Below, one piece after another: positions 53,675 through 64,000 of a DNA stretch of 64,000 nucleotides. Where the stretch lies: assembly GCA_965240325.2 (NCBI GenBank), contig OZ251249.1:806001-870000 (forward strand), read 5' to 3'. Made by a program: the position numbers and the translations under genes. The first letter of the stretch is position 1. Every line of letters begins with the position of its first letter. The stretch is from Rebecca billardiae RCC1528 (lineage: Eukaryota > Protista > Haptophyta). The notes beneath the pieces are model-generated. The model saw only the letters and a program-made list of their open reading frames with translations, searched no databases and was not told the origin of the DNA.

Positions 53675-54925
53675 TCAGTCGTGATGAGGATCAGCCAGGG
53701 CGCGGCGCGCGCCGCCATCAGCCCGCCCGCGCGCATTTGGCCTTGCGGCCGGGTCGTCGATGATCAGGTCATCGACCCGCAGCACCTTGTCGTAGGGGCT
53801 CAGCTTGCGCTCGCGGTGGACAAAGCGCGGGTTGTCGAGGATGAGCTCGCCATCGGCGCTGGCCACCGCGCCCTTGGCCGAGGTCGTATAGCAGCCCTTG
53901 CGCAGCACCTCCGTCCAGTTGAAGCGCTCTGGGATGGGCGGCTCCTTGTACATGCCGCGCACGTGCAGCCCGGTGCACAGCATCTCCTGCCTGCTCAGCA
54001 GGGGGCGCGCCTCGAAGAGGGGGATCCACTTGTGCTCCTCGACGAGCAGCCTGGAGAGCGCCGCGTGGATCTGCGCCGAGTGCGTGCCGATCACCAGCCG
54101 GTACACCTTCTCGCCCAGCAGGCGCACGGTCGCCCTGACGACCTCGAGCTCGGCGCCTTGAATGTCCATGTCGATCAGGTCGACGTGCTGCTGCTGGGCG
54201 AGCCACGCGCGCGCGTTGGCGGCGCGCGCCGGCTCGCACTGCAGCGCGTACGGGCTGAGCTTGTTCACGCCCATCACCCTGCGGATGCCGTCGCAGCACA
54301 CCTTGTTCACCTCGAAGAAGTGCACGCTGTACGGCTGGTGCGGCCGGAGCGCGCGGAAGAAGGCGGCCGCGCGGCTGCCCCACGTGCCCCAGCGCGCGCC
54401 CCACTCCGCCACGACGTACGGCTGGTCGGTGCGCGCGCGGAGGGCGCTCTGGTACACGGCGACGTGCTCGTTGTACTCGTCGTCCACCAGCGGCAGGCTG
54501 GGCTGCACGAGCGAGTTGCCGGACTTGAGCGCGCCGTAGTGCAGCCAGCACGCGTGCCAGCGCGTGTGCACCTCGTAAAAGTAGTAGTGGGGGCCCCAGT
54601 GCTTGCCGTTGTTGAAGATGTCGCAGTCGTAGCCGGCGGGCACCTTGAGCCCGTTCCACTCCGTGATGTACCGCCTGTCCACGGGGTAGACGCCCGCGGG
54701 CACCTCGAGCATCACGGGGTGGTGTGCGTACACGCAGCCCTCGAGGTGGTTGATGGCGAGCGGCAGCTGGCCCGACTCCGAGCCGTCCGCGAGCAGGTTG
54801 CCGCCCTCGCCCAGGCAGCGCACCCCATGCCACGTCAGGCTGCGCGAGGCGTTGCCGGGCGGGCCTTGCGCGGCAGCGAGCAGCAGTATCGAGGAAAAAC
54901 AGCACGCAACGATGGCCGACGACAT
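53675..54925 (-). CDS. FkbM-like SAM-dependent methyltransferase with signal peptide
   Basis: VVAEWGARWGTW (motif I-like), VDLIDMDIQGAELEV, LVIGTHS. Confidence 0.75.
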   Translation of the reverse strand: MSSAIVACCFSSILLLAAAQGPPGNASRSLTWHGVRCLGEGGNLLADGSESGQLPLAINHLEGCVYAHHPVMLEVPAGVYPVDRRYITEWNGLKVPAGYDCDIFNNGKHWGPHYYFYEVHTRWHACWLHYGALKSGNSLVQPSLPLVDDEYNEHVAVYQSALRARTDQPYVVAEWGARWGTWGSRAAAFFRALRPHQPYSVHFFEVNKVCCDGIRRVMGVNKLSPYALQCEPARAANARAWLAQQQHVDLIDMDIQGAELEVVRATVRLLGEKVYRLVIGTHSAQIHAALSRLLVEEHKWIPLFEARPLLSRQEMLCTGLHVRGMYKEPPIPERFNWTEVLRKGCYTTSAKGAVASADGELILDNPRFVHRERKLSPYDKVLRVDDLIIDDPAARPNARGRADGGARRALADPHHD

Positions 54926-54969
54926 GCTGTTCCGTTGTAGTCCGACCTGACCGGCGATCCGACGCCATC

Positions 54970-56031
54970 ATGCGTCGCCTCGCCGCGCTCGTCGCCGCCG
55001 CGAGCGCGCCCGGCTGCGCCGCGCTGTGCACGCGCGCGGCGCCCACCGCGGCCCAGCTCGCGCAGTGGTCCGATCGCAAGCGCCAGCTCGGCGTGTGGCA
55101 CGGCCTCTGGACCACGTGGACGCCGACGCCGCCGCCGCCGCCGCCAGCCGCCGCCGCCGCCGACGACGAGGCCTTGCGCCTCGAGAGGACGCTCACGCGC
55201 GCGGTGATCGTGCACCTCGACGTGGTGGGCGACGGCGGTGCGCACGCGGAAGAGTGCGTACAGCGCAACCGCTACATCGACCCGTCCGTCACGCCCGACG
55301 AGCCAGCCGCGCTCCTCGCCGCCGAGCGCGCAGGCCAGTACACAGACAAGGAGTTTCCGGCGGTGACGGCCGCGGAGAGCCGCGGGCGGTACGCCGGCCC
55401 CGGCTTCGTGTGGCACGGGAGCGTGCCCACGGCCGACGGCGGGCTGGCGTTCCACGCCGAGCTCGGGCTGGTGCACGGCAACGAGCGCCGTCGGGCAATC
55501 CTTAGCTACCACCGAGCGGCGGCGGGCGGCGACGCGGCCGCTGCGGAGGCGGCGCCGTGCCCGCCGCTCCGGCTGACGAGCGTGGTGGCGACGCAGGAGG
55601 AGGCGGGCCGCTGGCCCTCGCCCCGTGCCGAGCCCGCCCCCGCGCCCACCCGCCCGCCGCGCGCGCCCCACCCGCCGCCGCCGTCGCCCACCGCGTGGAC
55701 GCACGCCGCGGAGGGCGCGCCGGTTCTGACCGAGTCCCTTCCGCCCACCTCCGCCCCGGAGCGCGGCGCCGACGGCGGCGAGACTGTGCGCTGCTGGGAG
55801 GTTGCGCCGGACGTGCGCGTGCTCGCGCCCGTGAGCGCGCACGCCGGGCAGCCGCTCCACGTCGAGCTGCGCTGGCGCGCGCGCGCGCCGGCCAACACCC
55901 ACGGCGACGCCCAGCTGCGCGCCCGCCTGCACGTGCACGCCACACCCGCCGCCCAACACGACGCGTCTGCGCGCGCGCCGCCCGCGAGCGTCCGGGTCGA
56001 GCTGCGCGCGCTCGCCGCGGGCGGGGCGTAG
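54970..56031 (+). CDS. DUF3598-like beta-barrel protein with N-terminal targeting peptide
   Basis: QLGVWHGLWT and FHAELGLVHGNERRRAILSY resemble DUF3598 motifs. Confidence 0.5.
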   Translation: MRRLAALVAAASAPGCAALCTRAAPTAAQLAQWSDRKRQLGVWHGLWTTWTPTPPPPPPAAAAADDEALRLERTLTRAVIVHLDVVGDGGAHAEECVQRNRYIDPSVTPDEPAALLAAERAGQYTDKEFPAVTAAESRGRYAGPGFVWHGSVPTADGGLAFHAELGLVHGNERRRAILSYHRAAAGGDAAAAEAAPCPPLRLTSVVATQEEAGRWPSPRAEPAPAPTRPPRAPHPPPPSPTAWTHAAEGAPVLTESLPPTSAPERGADGGETVRCWEVAPDVRVLAPVSAHAGQPLHVELRWRARAPANTHGDAQLRARLHVHATPAAQHDASARAPPASVRVELRALAAGGA

Positions 56032-56723
56032 GCTGCGCTAAGCCCGGGTCGACCTGGGCTGCGGCGTGATGGGCCTCGGGAGTCTCCACGGAAGCTGACC
56101 ACCGAGCTCAGGGCGGTCTGGTGCGACCCGGCGCCGGCAACCCCGCGGCCCGCGCGCGTCCGGGCGGACGGACCCGGACGAGGCGGTGCGCCAGGGGCAC
56201 CGTCGAGGCCTCGGGACTCGATCGGGACTTGATGGGACTCGCGGGAGCGCCGCCCGCCGGCGCCCGATGTGGCGCGCGACGATGACGATCGTCAATACGC
56301 GCGTACGTAGTCGTGCGCCGATATATCGACGACTACGCGGCCCGTCTACTACCCGGGAGTTCCGATCCGATATATCGTCCGGGCCGGTTATATTAACAGT
56401 CGTCCGCGAGACCGACGGCGACTGTCATTCTGGACGGCCGCTGACAGGCGGCGAGCGTCAGGCGACGCAGGCGTCGCCCGCACGCCACCGACCGCCGCGT
56501 TGCGGCCGTTGCGCGCAGGAGCCGCGGAGTGCAGCGCGGGCCGCCGCCACCCGGTCCGGGCCGCGCCGCGGGTCGGACCGCGTGGCGGCACTCACCTCGG
56601 CTGCTGACCGCGTATCCGGGCTTGCCGGGGCGAGAGTGCTCCGGGCGGCGTCCCGCCATCCTGGAGCTGTGATCATGCTGTATCTACTATCTGCTTCGGA
56701 CGCGGCGCCGGGACAAGGCCGCC

Positions 56724-59700
56724 TCAGGCGACGAAGGACTCGAGCTCCTTGAGCTTGCGACGCCACTCGGCACGCGCCTCGTCTCTCGCGCGCACGGGGC
56801 GCGTGCCGAGCTCGTCGGAGAGCGTGTGCACGGACGTGTTGCCGTCGGCGAGGCCGATGGCCAGCAGCGCGGGCGCGGCGGTGGAGCCGCCGGCGCGCCC
56901 GGGTGCCGGCGAGAGGGCGAGGCAGGTGACGCGCGTCTGGCCCTCCACGTCGCCGCCCAGCGAGCGCAGCGGCTGCTTCGAGGCGGGCTCCTGCGAGGGC
57001 GCGGCGCGCGCGCACGCGCACAGCGGGGGCAGGGGGTGGGGCAGGCTCAGCGCGGCGTGGACCGCGGGCAAGGCGCGGGAGCCGCGCCGCGCCGCATCCA
57101 CGAGCCGCACGCCCCCCCAACACGCATGGCATGGCGGACGACGGCAGCCATGGGCGCAACCCAAGCCAAACCGACGGAGTCGGCGGCGCCCGGACTGTTT
57201 TCTCCTGCTCCGGACTTCGCCGCGCACCTGCAGGCTCTTGAAGAGGTCGAAGGCGAAGAGCGTGCTCTCGCCGTCCAGCACCCAAAACACGCCCGGCCGC
57301 ACGGGCGACCACGCGACCTGCGCAGCGACGGCGGCGCGGTGCGGGCGGCGCGTGTGAGCGCTGGCTGCGCCTCTCGACGCCGCTCGCTGCACGCGCGGCG
57401 GGTGGCGTCGTGCGCTGCTGCGCTGTGCGCATGCGCTGCGCTGCGCGTGTGAGAGGGCGCGCACGGCGCGCGCTGCACGCGTGCCTGCGTGATCGGCGCG
57501 AGGCTGAGGTCGTCGTACTTGAGCAGCGGGCGCTCGCACGCGAGGTGATACAGGGAGACCGAGCCTGCACAAACACACGCACACACACACGCACAAGACA
57601 CACGCACAACACACACGCAGAGAGAGCGACGGGGCCGCATGCACACACCACGCGCGCACACAGTCAGCCGGGGGCCGGCCAGCGGTTGGCGCGGCGCGCG
57701 CGCACGCGCCCCACGGCGCAGCAGCCCCGCCGTGCAGCCCGCACGCCCGACTCCCCCGCCACCACACACACGCGCGCAACGCAACGCAACGCAACGCAAC
57801 GCAACGCAACGCAACGCGCACCATCCTCTCGCCCGACCAGGAAGAGATCGGCCGAGTGCGGGCAGAACTGCATGCTGCTCACGAGCGCGGCGGGCGGCGG
57901 GCGCTCGGCGGCGTTCGGCGCGGGGCCTCCCGCGCGGAGCACGCCGCGCCTCGCCGCGTGCGCCGCCGCCGCCGCCGAGTGACAGTACACCGCAGGCGTG
58001 GGCACGCGCCCAAACCGCACGCGCCGCAGGATCTGGCCGCCGCCGCCGCCGCCGCCGCCGCCGGCTGCGGCCGCGGCCGAGTCGGGCTGCTCATGCGCCG
58101 CAGAGGCGACGAGGTACGAGTTCTGGTCCCCCGGGACGAAGGCGAGCGCGCCGAGGGGCGCGGCGCCCAGCGCGGCGCCCGGCCCCGCGCCGCCACCGCC
58201 GCCGCCGCCGCCGCCTCGCGCGCCGGCGGCGGACGCGGCCGCTGCCCCGAACGCGCGCTGAGACGCGCCTCCCGCCGTCGCCGACACCTTTCGCTCCAGC
58301 GCGCGCGCGGCGGTGCCGAGCGCGCGCGCCGGGCGCGGGCCGGCGGTGGGCGTGCCCGCGGCGCCGAGCAGCACGCCGGAGCGGATCAGCTTGAGCCGCG
58401 CGCCGAACAGCAGGTTCGAGTCCGCCGCGTCCTGGGAGTGCAGCAGCCGCGTGGAGCGCGCGGGACCATCCGCGGCGGCGGCGGCGGGTGGCGGCGGCGC
58501 GGCGGCGGCGGCGGCTTTTGCTCCGTCCGCGCTCACGCCGAGCCCGCCGCCGAGCCCGCCGCCGAGCCCGCCGCCGAGCCCGCCGCCCAGCCCGCCGCCC
58601 AACCCGCCGCCCAGCCCGCCGCCCAGCCCCCCACCGCCACCGCCGCGCCCCGCCTCGCCGCCTCCGCCGCGCGCGCGCTGCTCGCCCGCGCCCGCCGTCC
58701 CCCCCTGCGGCGCCACGGGCACGCGCGTGGCGCCGCCGCCGCCGCCGCCGCCCACGCCGCCGGGCGTGACCTCGACGACGGTCCAGAGCGTGACCGCGCC
58801 TGACTCGTCGAGCGTGACGAGGGAGATGCCCGCGCCACCGCCGCCGCCGCCGCCCGCCGCGCCGCCGCCGTCCGCCGCGCCGCCAGCGCTCACGGCGGTC
58901 AAGCTGACGATGCCGCCGCCGCCCGCGCGGCCCGGCGCGGCGCCGCGCGCGCCGCGCGCGCCGCCGCCGCCGCTCGCGCCGCCGTCGTCCTCCGCATGCG
59001 CGCCGTCGTCCGTCGTGTACGAGGGCACGCGCAGCACGAGGCGCTGCACGCCGCCCGGCCCCTCCTGCCCCTGTCCCCCCGCACCCGCCGCTCCACCCCC
59101 CGCCGCAACCACCCCGCCCGCCGCCGCCGCCGCCGCCGCCGCCTTCCGCCGCACAGTCTCGCGGACGTGCAGCGCCTCGGCGTCTCGCAGGTCGAAGAGC
59201 TGGAGGGCGCCGTCGGAGGTGCCCACCGCGACGATGGCGGCCTGCCGCAGCGGCGGCAGCGCCACGCACGTCGGCTGGCCGAACGTCACGAGCGTGTGCG
59301 TCGGCGGCACGCCCTCGGCCGCGGCGGCGGCGAGATCGGGCGCGAGATTGCCCGAGATCGAGATGCCCGCGGCCGCGGCGTCCCAGAGGCAGACGCAGCC
59401 GACCGGGCCGACGCGGCGGAGCAGCGGCCTCGTCTTGCCGCGCGCCGCCGCCTCCCCGCCGCCCCCGCCGCCCGCCGCCTCGAGCAGCGCGTCGGACGGG
59501 CGCGCGAGCGCATAGCACACGGCGAGGGTGGCGGGCTCGGCGGGAGCAAAGGCCATCGCGACCACACTGCCGCCCGCGCCGACGGCCGGGGGCGGGACGA
59601 TGGTCTTGAAGGCGGTGGCGAAGGGCAGCGGCGAGGGCTCCGACGCGCCCCCCGCGCCGTCGAACGCCGCCGCGCCCTCGCGCGCCACCCCCATCACCAC

Positions 59701-61716
59701 GTCCCCCGCGCGCCCGAGGAAGCGCCGCAGCCGCAGCACGTCCACGGCGGGGGGCGGCGCGCGGCGCGCGGCCAGCACCAGCGCGTCGAGGCCGGCGCGC
59801 GCGGCGTGGGCGGCGGCGTGGGCGGGCGCGTCGGGGGCGTGCGCGTCGTCCCCCCCGCCACCCACCGCCGCGGCGGACGCGGCGTTCGCCGCCGCACTCG
59901 CGAGCGCGGGCACGGCGGCGTCGTCTGGCACCTGCGAGGCAGCATGGCCGACGTCTGGCGGCTCAGTCTGAGCGGCCGCGGCGCGCGCGTCGTCGGCGGT
60001 GCCGCACTTGACGGACTTGAGCGCGCCGCCGGCGAAGCGGCGCTGCAGGTCGACCGCCGAGATCGGGTGCAGGTCGAGCAGCGTCGCCTCGTCCTCGCGC
60101 AGCCGGATCCGCCCGAGCAGCGCGCGCGCGCGCGCCGCGCGCCGCGCGGCCGCCTCCGTGTCTCGCGGCAGCGCGATCAGCTTCCGCCCGGACTGTCCGG
60201 ACTGTCCGGACTGTCCGGACTGTCCGGGGTCGTGCGGCGCGGCGGGCGGCGGCTTGGGCGGCGCGGCGGGCGCGTACGGCGCGCCGCCCAGCGCGCCGCC
60301 GCCAAACCCGCCAGCGCCGCCGCCCGCCCGGCCGCCCCAGCCGGAGCCGCCGCCGGGCGGCGCGCCGCCGCCCGCCGTCGCCGCCGCCTGCGGCCCGAAG
60401 CGGTGCGCCGGCGGCTCGGCCAGCTCGCCGAGCTCGGGCGCGGCGGAGGACGCCGCCGCGCCGCCGCGCTCGTACCGCACGCCGACGCCCGCGCCCGCGC
60501 CGCCATCGCCGCCTGCACCGCCGCCGCCAAAGCCGGCCGCCGCGCCGCCGCCCGCGCCGGCGCGCGCCGGCGGCGCGGGCGCGCGCGGATATGCGCTACC
60601 GCCGCCATCGTCGTCGTCGTCGTCGTCGTCGTCGTCGGCGCTGTCGGCGTCGCGCTCGGCGCCACGCGGCGTGTCCTCGACGACGGCGGCCGCGCCGCCC
60701 GGCGTCGCGCGCGGCAGCGGGTCCCCGAACGTGCCGGACGCCTCCAGCCCGGACTCGGCGCGAGAGGCGGCGACGCGCGCCGACAGTGTCAGCCCCTCCG
60801 TCACCGGCTCCGCACGGCCGGCTGGCTCGGCCCAGGGCGGCGGCGCGGCGGCGGCGGCGGTGCCGGGCGTCGTGTGCTCGGAGGGCGGCGCGGGCGCGGC
60901 GCCGGACTCCTCCTCCGGCTCGAAGTCGTCGTCGTCACCGTAGTCCTCAAAGTCGTCGTCGCCGTACTCGTCGTCGCCGCCTCCGCCGCCGCCGCCGCCG
61001 CCACTGGCGCCGCCGCCGCCGCCGCCGCCGCGCGCCGCCGGGCTGGGCGGCGCGGCGGCGGCGGCGCGCGCGGACGGGCTGGGCGGCGCGGCGGCGGCGG
61101 GCGTCGGGCGGAGCGGCGGCGGCGAGGGCGACGCGCCAAAGCCCTGCGGCGGGCCGAGCCCGCCACCCAGCGCCACCGGCGGCGGCGTCACATGGCCGCC
61201 GCTGCCACTCCCGTAGCCGCCGCCGCCGCCGCCGCCGCCGCTCGCCGCGGAGGCGTTCGAGCCGGCGGAGAGCTGCGGCTGGAGGAGCGGCTGCGCGCGC
61301 AGCGACGCGTACGGCTGGTGCGCGCCCGGCAGCCCGCCCGGACCGATCAGCGGCGGCCGCGGCCCGCCCGGCGCGCCGGGCGGCGCGCCGGGCGGCTGCG
61401 GCACCACCGCCGCGTCGGGCCGGACGGAGTAGCCCTGCTTGGCGAGGTCGGTGGGCAGGCTGGGCTTGGAGATGCGCGCCGAGCCCGGCCGGCCCGAGCC
61501 CGGCCGCGCGCCCGGACCCGCGCCCGGCGGCTGCACGCCCGGCCGCGCGGCGCCCGGGCCCGGCCGCGCCGGCGGCACGTTGGCCGCGAGCGCCGCCTGC
61601 GCCGCGTTGATCTGCGCGTCGAGGAGCGCGTCGTCGTCGGCGAGCGGCTTCGTCGTGCGGCGCGCCGACGACGGCCGCACCGTCCCGCCCTGCACGCGCG
61701 GCTTGGGCGGCGGCAT
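56724..61716 (-). CDS. WDR60: Cytoplasmic dynein-2 intermediate chain WDR60/FAP163-like, 4 exons
   Basis: LLGRIRL...LLDLHPI...FAGG...DDARAAAAQTE...ASQVP followed by WD40 segments (VAVGTSDGALQLFDLR, FCPHSADLFLVGREDG, VAWSPVRPGVFWVLD); GC-AG intron 57318-57484. Confidence 0.75.
57776..57817. repeat. Intronic (GCAAC)8 microsatellite
   Basis: Read directly. Confidence 0.9.
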
Positions 61717-61903
61717 CGCGCCGGCGAGCAAGCCGTTGCGGGCCTTCGGTGGGGCGGCGCTCCGCGCTGCTGGCGAGCACCGCTCGAGCGGCGAGCAACG
61801 GACCCGGCTAGCGGAGTCCGGACGGGCGGTGCGCGCGGAGTCCGGGCCGGCGAGCGCACGAGGCCGGCCGCGCGCGCGCACGGCCGCTCAAGCACGACCG
61901 TCA

Positions 61904-62435
61904 ATGGCCACGCGCGTCGCGCTGCTCGCCGTGGTCGCGCTGGCGCTCGCGCCGTTTTGCCGCGCGCATGCCGCACGCCCGGGCCGCTCCGCATGGCGCC
62001 GTGCGGCCCTGCCGCGCACGCGCGCCACCGCCGCCGCGCCGGCCGACCGAGCGCGCGGCTGGGACTCCCAGCCGCCCGCGCAGCAGCAGCAGCAGCCGCG
62101 CGGCGCAAAGCAGTGGTACGCGCGGCGGCGCGGCGGCGAGGACGGCGCGCCCACGCCGGCGCGGCGCAACAAGAACCGCGCGCGCAACCGCGCGCGCGCG
62201 TGGGAGCGCGTGGGCGACGCGGTGCACGCGCGCGCCGCCGAGGCCGGCGCGCCGGCCGGCGCCGAGCTTGCCGCTGAGGGCGAGGCCGCCCGACCGCTGG
62301 ACCTGGCGGCGGCGGCGGCGCTGCTCGGTGCGTTGCCGCGGCTGAATGACACGGCGGGTCGCGCGCTTGCCGCCGACGACGGGCACGGCCGAGCCGAGGC
62401 CGCCGGCGGCGGCGGCGGCGCCGACGCGGATTCGG

Positions 62436-62472
<37 letters not shown>

Positions 62473-63905
62473 GCGATGGTACGACGCCATCACGTTCGGC
62501 GGCCTCTCGGTGGGCCCCGAGCTCGCGGCCACGCTGCGCGCGCAGGGCCTGCGCGCCCCGCTGCCCATCCAGCGCGCCGCCTTCGCCCCGCTCTACGCGC
62601 GGCACAACGCGGCGCTCGCCGCGCCGACGGGAAGTGGCAAGACGCTGGCGGTTCTACTGCCGCTGCTGGCGCGGCTGCGGCAGCAGCGGCGCGGCGGTAG
62701 CGGCGGCGCGGCGGGCGTGGGCGCGCCGTTCCGCGTGCTCGTGCTCGCGCCGTCGATCGAGCTCGCGCGGCAGCACGCGCGCACGGCGCGCGCGCTCGTC
62801 GGCCGCGGCGGCTCGGGTGCGGCGCGCTCGCCGGGCGCCGGGCGCGCGGGCGGCGCGCCGAGCGCGGCCGCCGCGGCCGCCGCCGCGGCGGAGGATGCCG
62901 ACGCGATCAGCGTGGCGCTGTGGACGGACGCGAGCGCCGAGGCCGCGCGCGCGGCGCGGGTGTCCACGTTCGGCGCCGCGGCCGCCGCTGCCGATGCCGA
63001 GCCGTCCGACGCGCCACCCGAAGCGTCGGGCGCCGCCGCCGCCGCCGCGGCGCCGAGCGAGCGCGCGGCGGCGGAGGGCGGCGCGGGCGGCGCGGCGGCC
63101 GCGGAGGAGGGCGCGGCGGCGGCGGCGGCCGGGCTCGACCCGGCGGACGACGACCGCGGCGCGCTCGGCACCGTGGTGATCGCCACGCCCGCGGCCGCGC
63201 TCGCGCGCCTGCGCGCGGGCCTCTCCGCCAAGTGCTGGGGCCGGCTTGAGACGGTGGTGCTGGACGAGGCGGACGCGCTGCTGGGGCTCGACCTGCGGGC
63301 GGCGCCACGCCACGCCGCCGCCGCCGAGACGGGGGTGCAGGATGAGGCGGACGCGCTGCTGGGGCTCGACCTGAGGGCGGCGGCGCCCGCGGCGGAGGCG
63401 CGCGTGGCGGCGGCGGCGGGGCGTGGCGCGGCGCCCGCGGCCGAGGCGCGCGCGGCGGTGGAAGCGGAGTTGGCTGCGGCGGGCGTGGCGGCGGCGGTGG
63501 CGAGCGTGGAAGGCGCGGCGGAGGGGGCGGGCGCATGCGGCGACGGCGACGGCGGCGGGGTGGCCGGTGAGCATCGCGGGGGCGGCGGCGGCGTGGAGGC
63601 GGAGGCGCGCGGCGCGGCGGGCGGGCTGGGCCCGAGCCCAGCCGGCTCCGAGCCCGCGGCGCGCGGCGGCGGCGGGGCAAACGCCGAAGCCGCCGCGGCC
63701 GGCGGCGCGGCGCCGCCCTCACGCAGGCGCCGCCCGGCGGCGCGGCGCCGCGAGCGCACACCCACCGAGCATGTGCTGGAGCTGCTGGCCGCGCGCTGCC
63801 CCGGCGGGCTCGCGCACGCGGGCGCGGCGGCGGAGGCGGGCGGCGCGGCGCAGGCGCAGCAGCGGCGCTCGCGTGGCGGCGGCGGCGGCGGCGCGAGCGG
63901 CGGCA

Positions 63906-63938
<33 letters not shown>

Positions 63939-64000
63939 TGCAGCTGGTGGCCCTCTCAGCCACGGTGGGCCGCGCGCTGCGCCGCGCGCTGCAGGCCGTG
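61904..64000 (+). CDS. DEAD-box RNA helicase with signal/transit-like N-terminus; runs off the right edge
   Basis: Q motif (TFGGL...PLPIQ), APTGSGKT, VLAPSIELARQ, VIATP, VVLDEAD, ALSAT; no stop before the window end. Confidence 0.88.

Noticed and set aside
43596-62277. Long Arg/Ala/Pro-rich overlapping ORFs (e.g. 43596-47171 +, 47941-50973 +, 58996-62277 +)
   Set aside because: Shadow frames caused by stop-codon scarcity at very high GC; the opposite-strand frames carry the recognisable domains or better coding signal

Overview
Very GC-rich, gene-dense eukaryotic nuclear DNA with short spliceosomal introns. The gene set (zeaxanthin epoxidase, signal-peptide-led putative plastid proteins, dynein-2 intermediate chain) points to a flagellated alga with a complex plastid. 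A haptophyte such as a Pavlovales member is my inference, not a proven assignment. Host genes: F-box/RCC1 protein, a ZEP homolog with two apparent frame lesions, a pseudokinase-pyrophosphatase-like fusion, a 3R-MYB, two tandem cyclin-Y-like genes, a SMYD-type SET protein, a CaMK1-like kinase with a GRAM domain, two tandem GT32 glycosyltransferases, a RING/Stc1-like/UIM/HicA-like protein, a GT-like protein, an FkbM-like methyltransferase, a DUF3598-like protein, WDR60 and a DEAD-box helicase. The most unusual content lies in rare AT/TA-rich islands: (1) a CRESS-DNA-virus Rep fragment between two (TA)n tracts (2277-2843); (2) a 1.75-kb non-coding element with split direct repeats and an exact internal end-to-end junction, inserted in a (TA)n tract (28707-30457); (3) an apparently intact 7.47-kb TIR transposon (30557-38022) with a 7-bp TSD and CA..TG ends, whose ~1816-aa DDE protein has RAG1/Transib/Chapaev-like motifs, a combination I cannot place in a known superfamily. 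All family calls come from motif recognition by eye; no searches were run.
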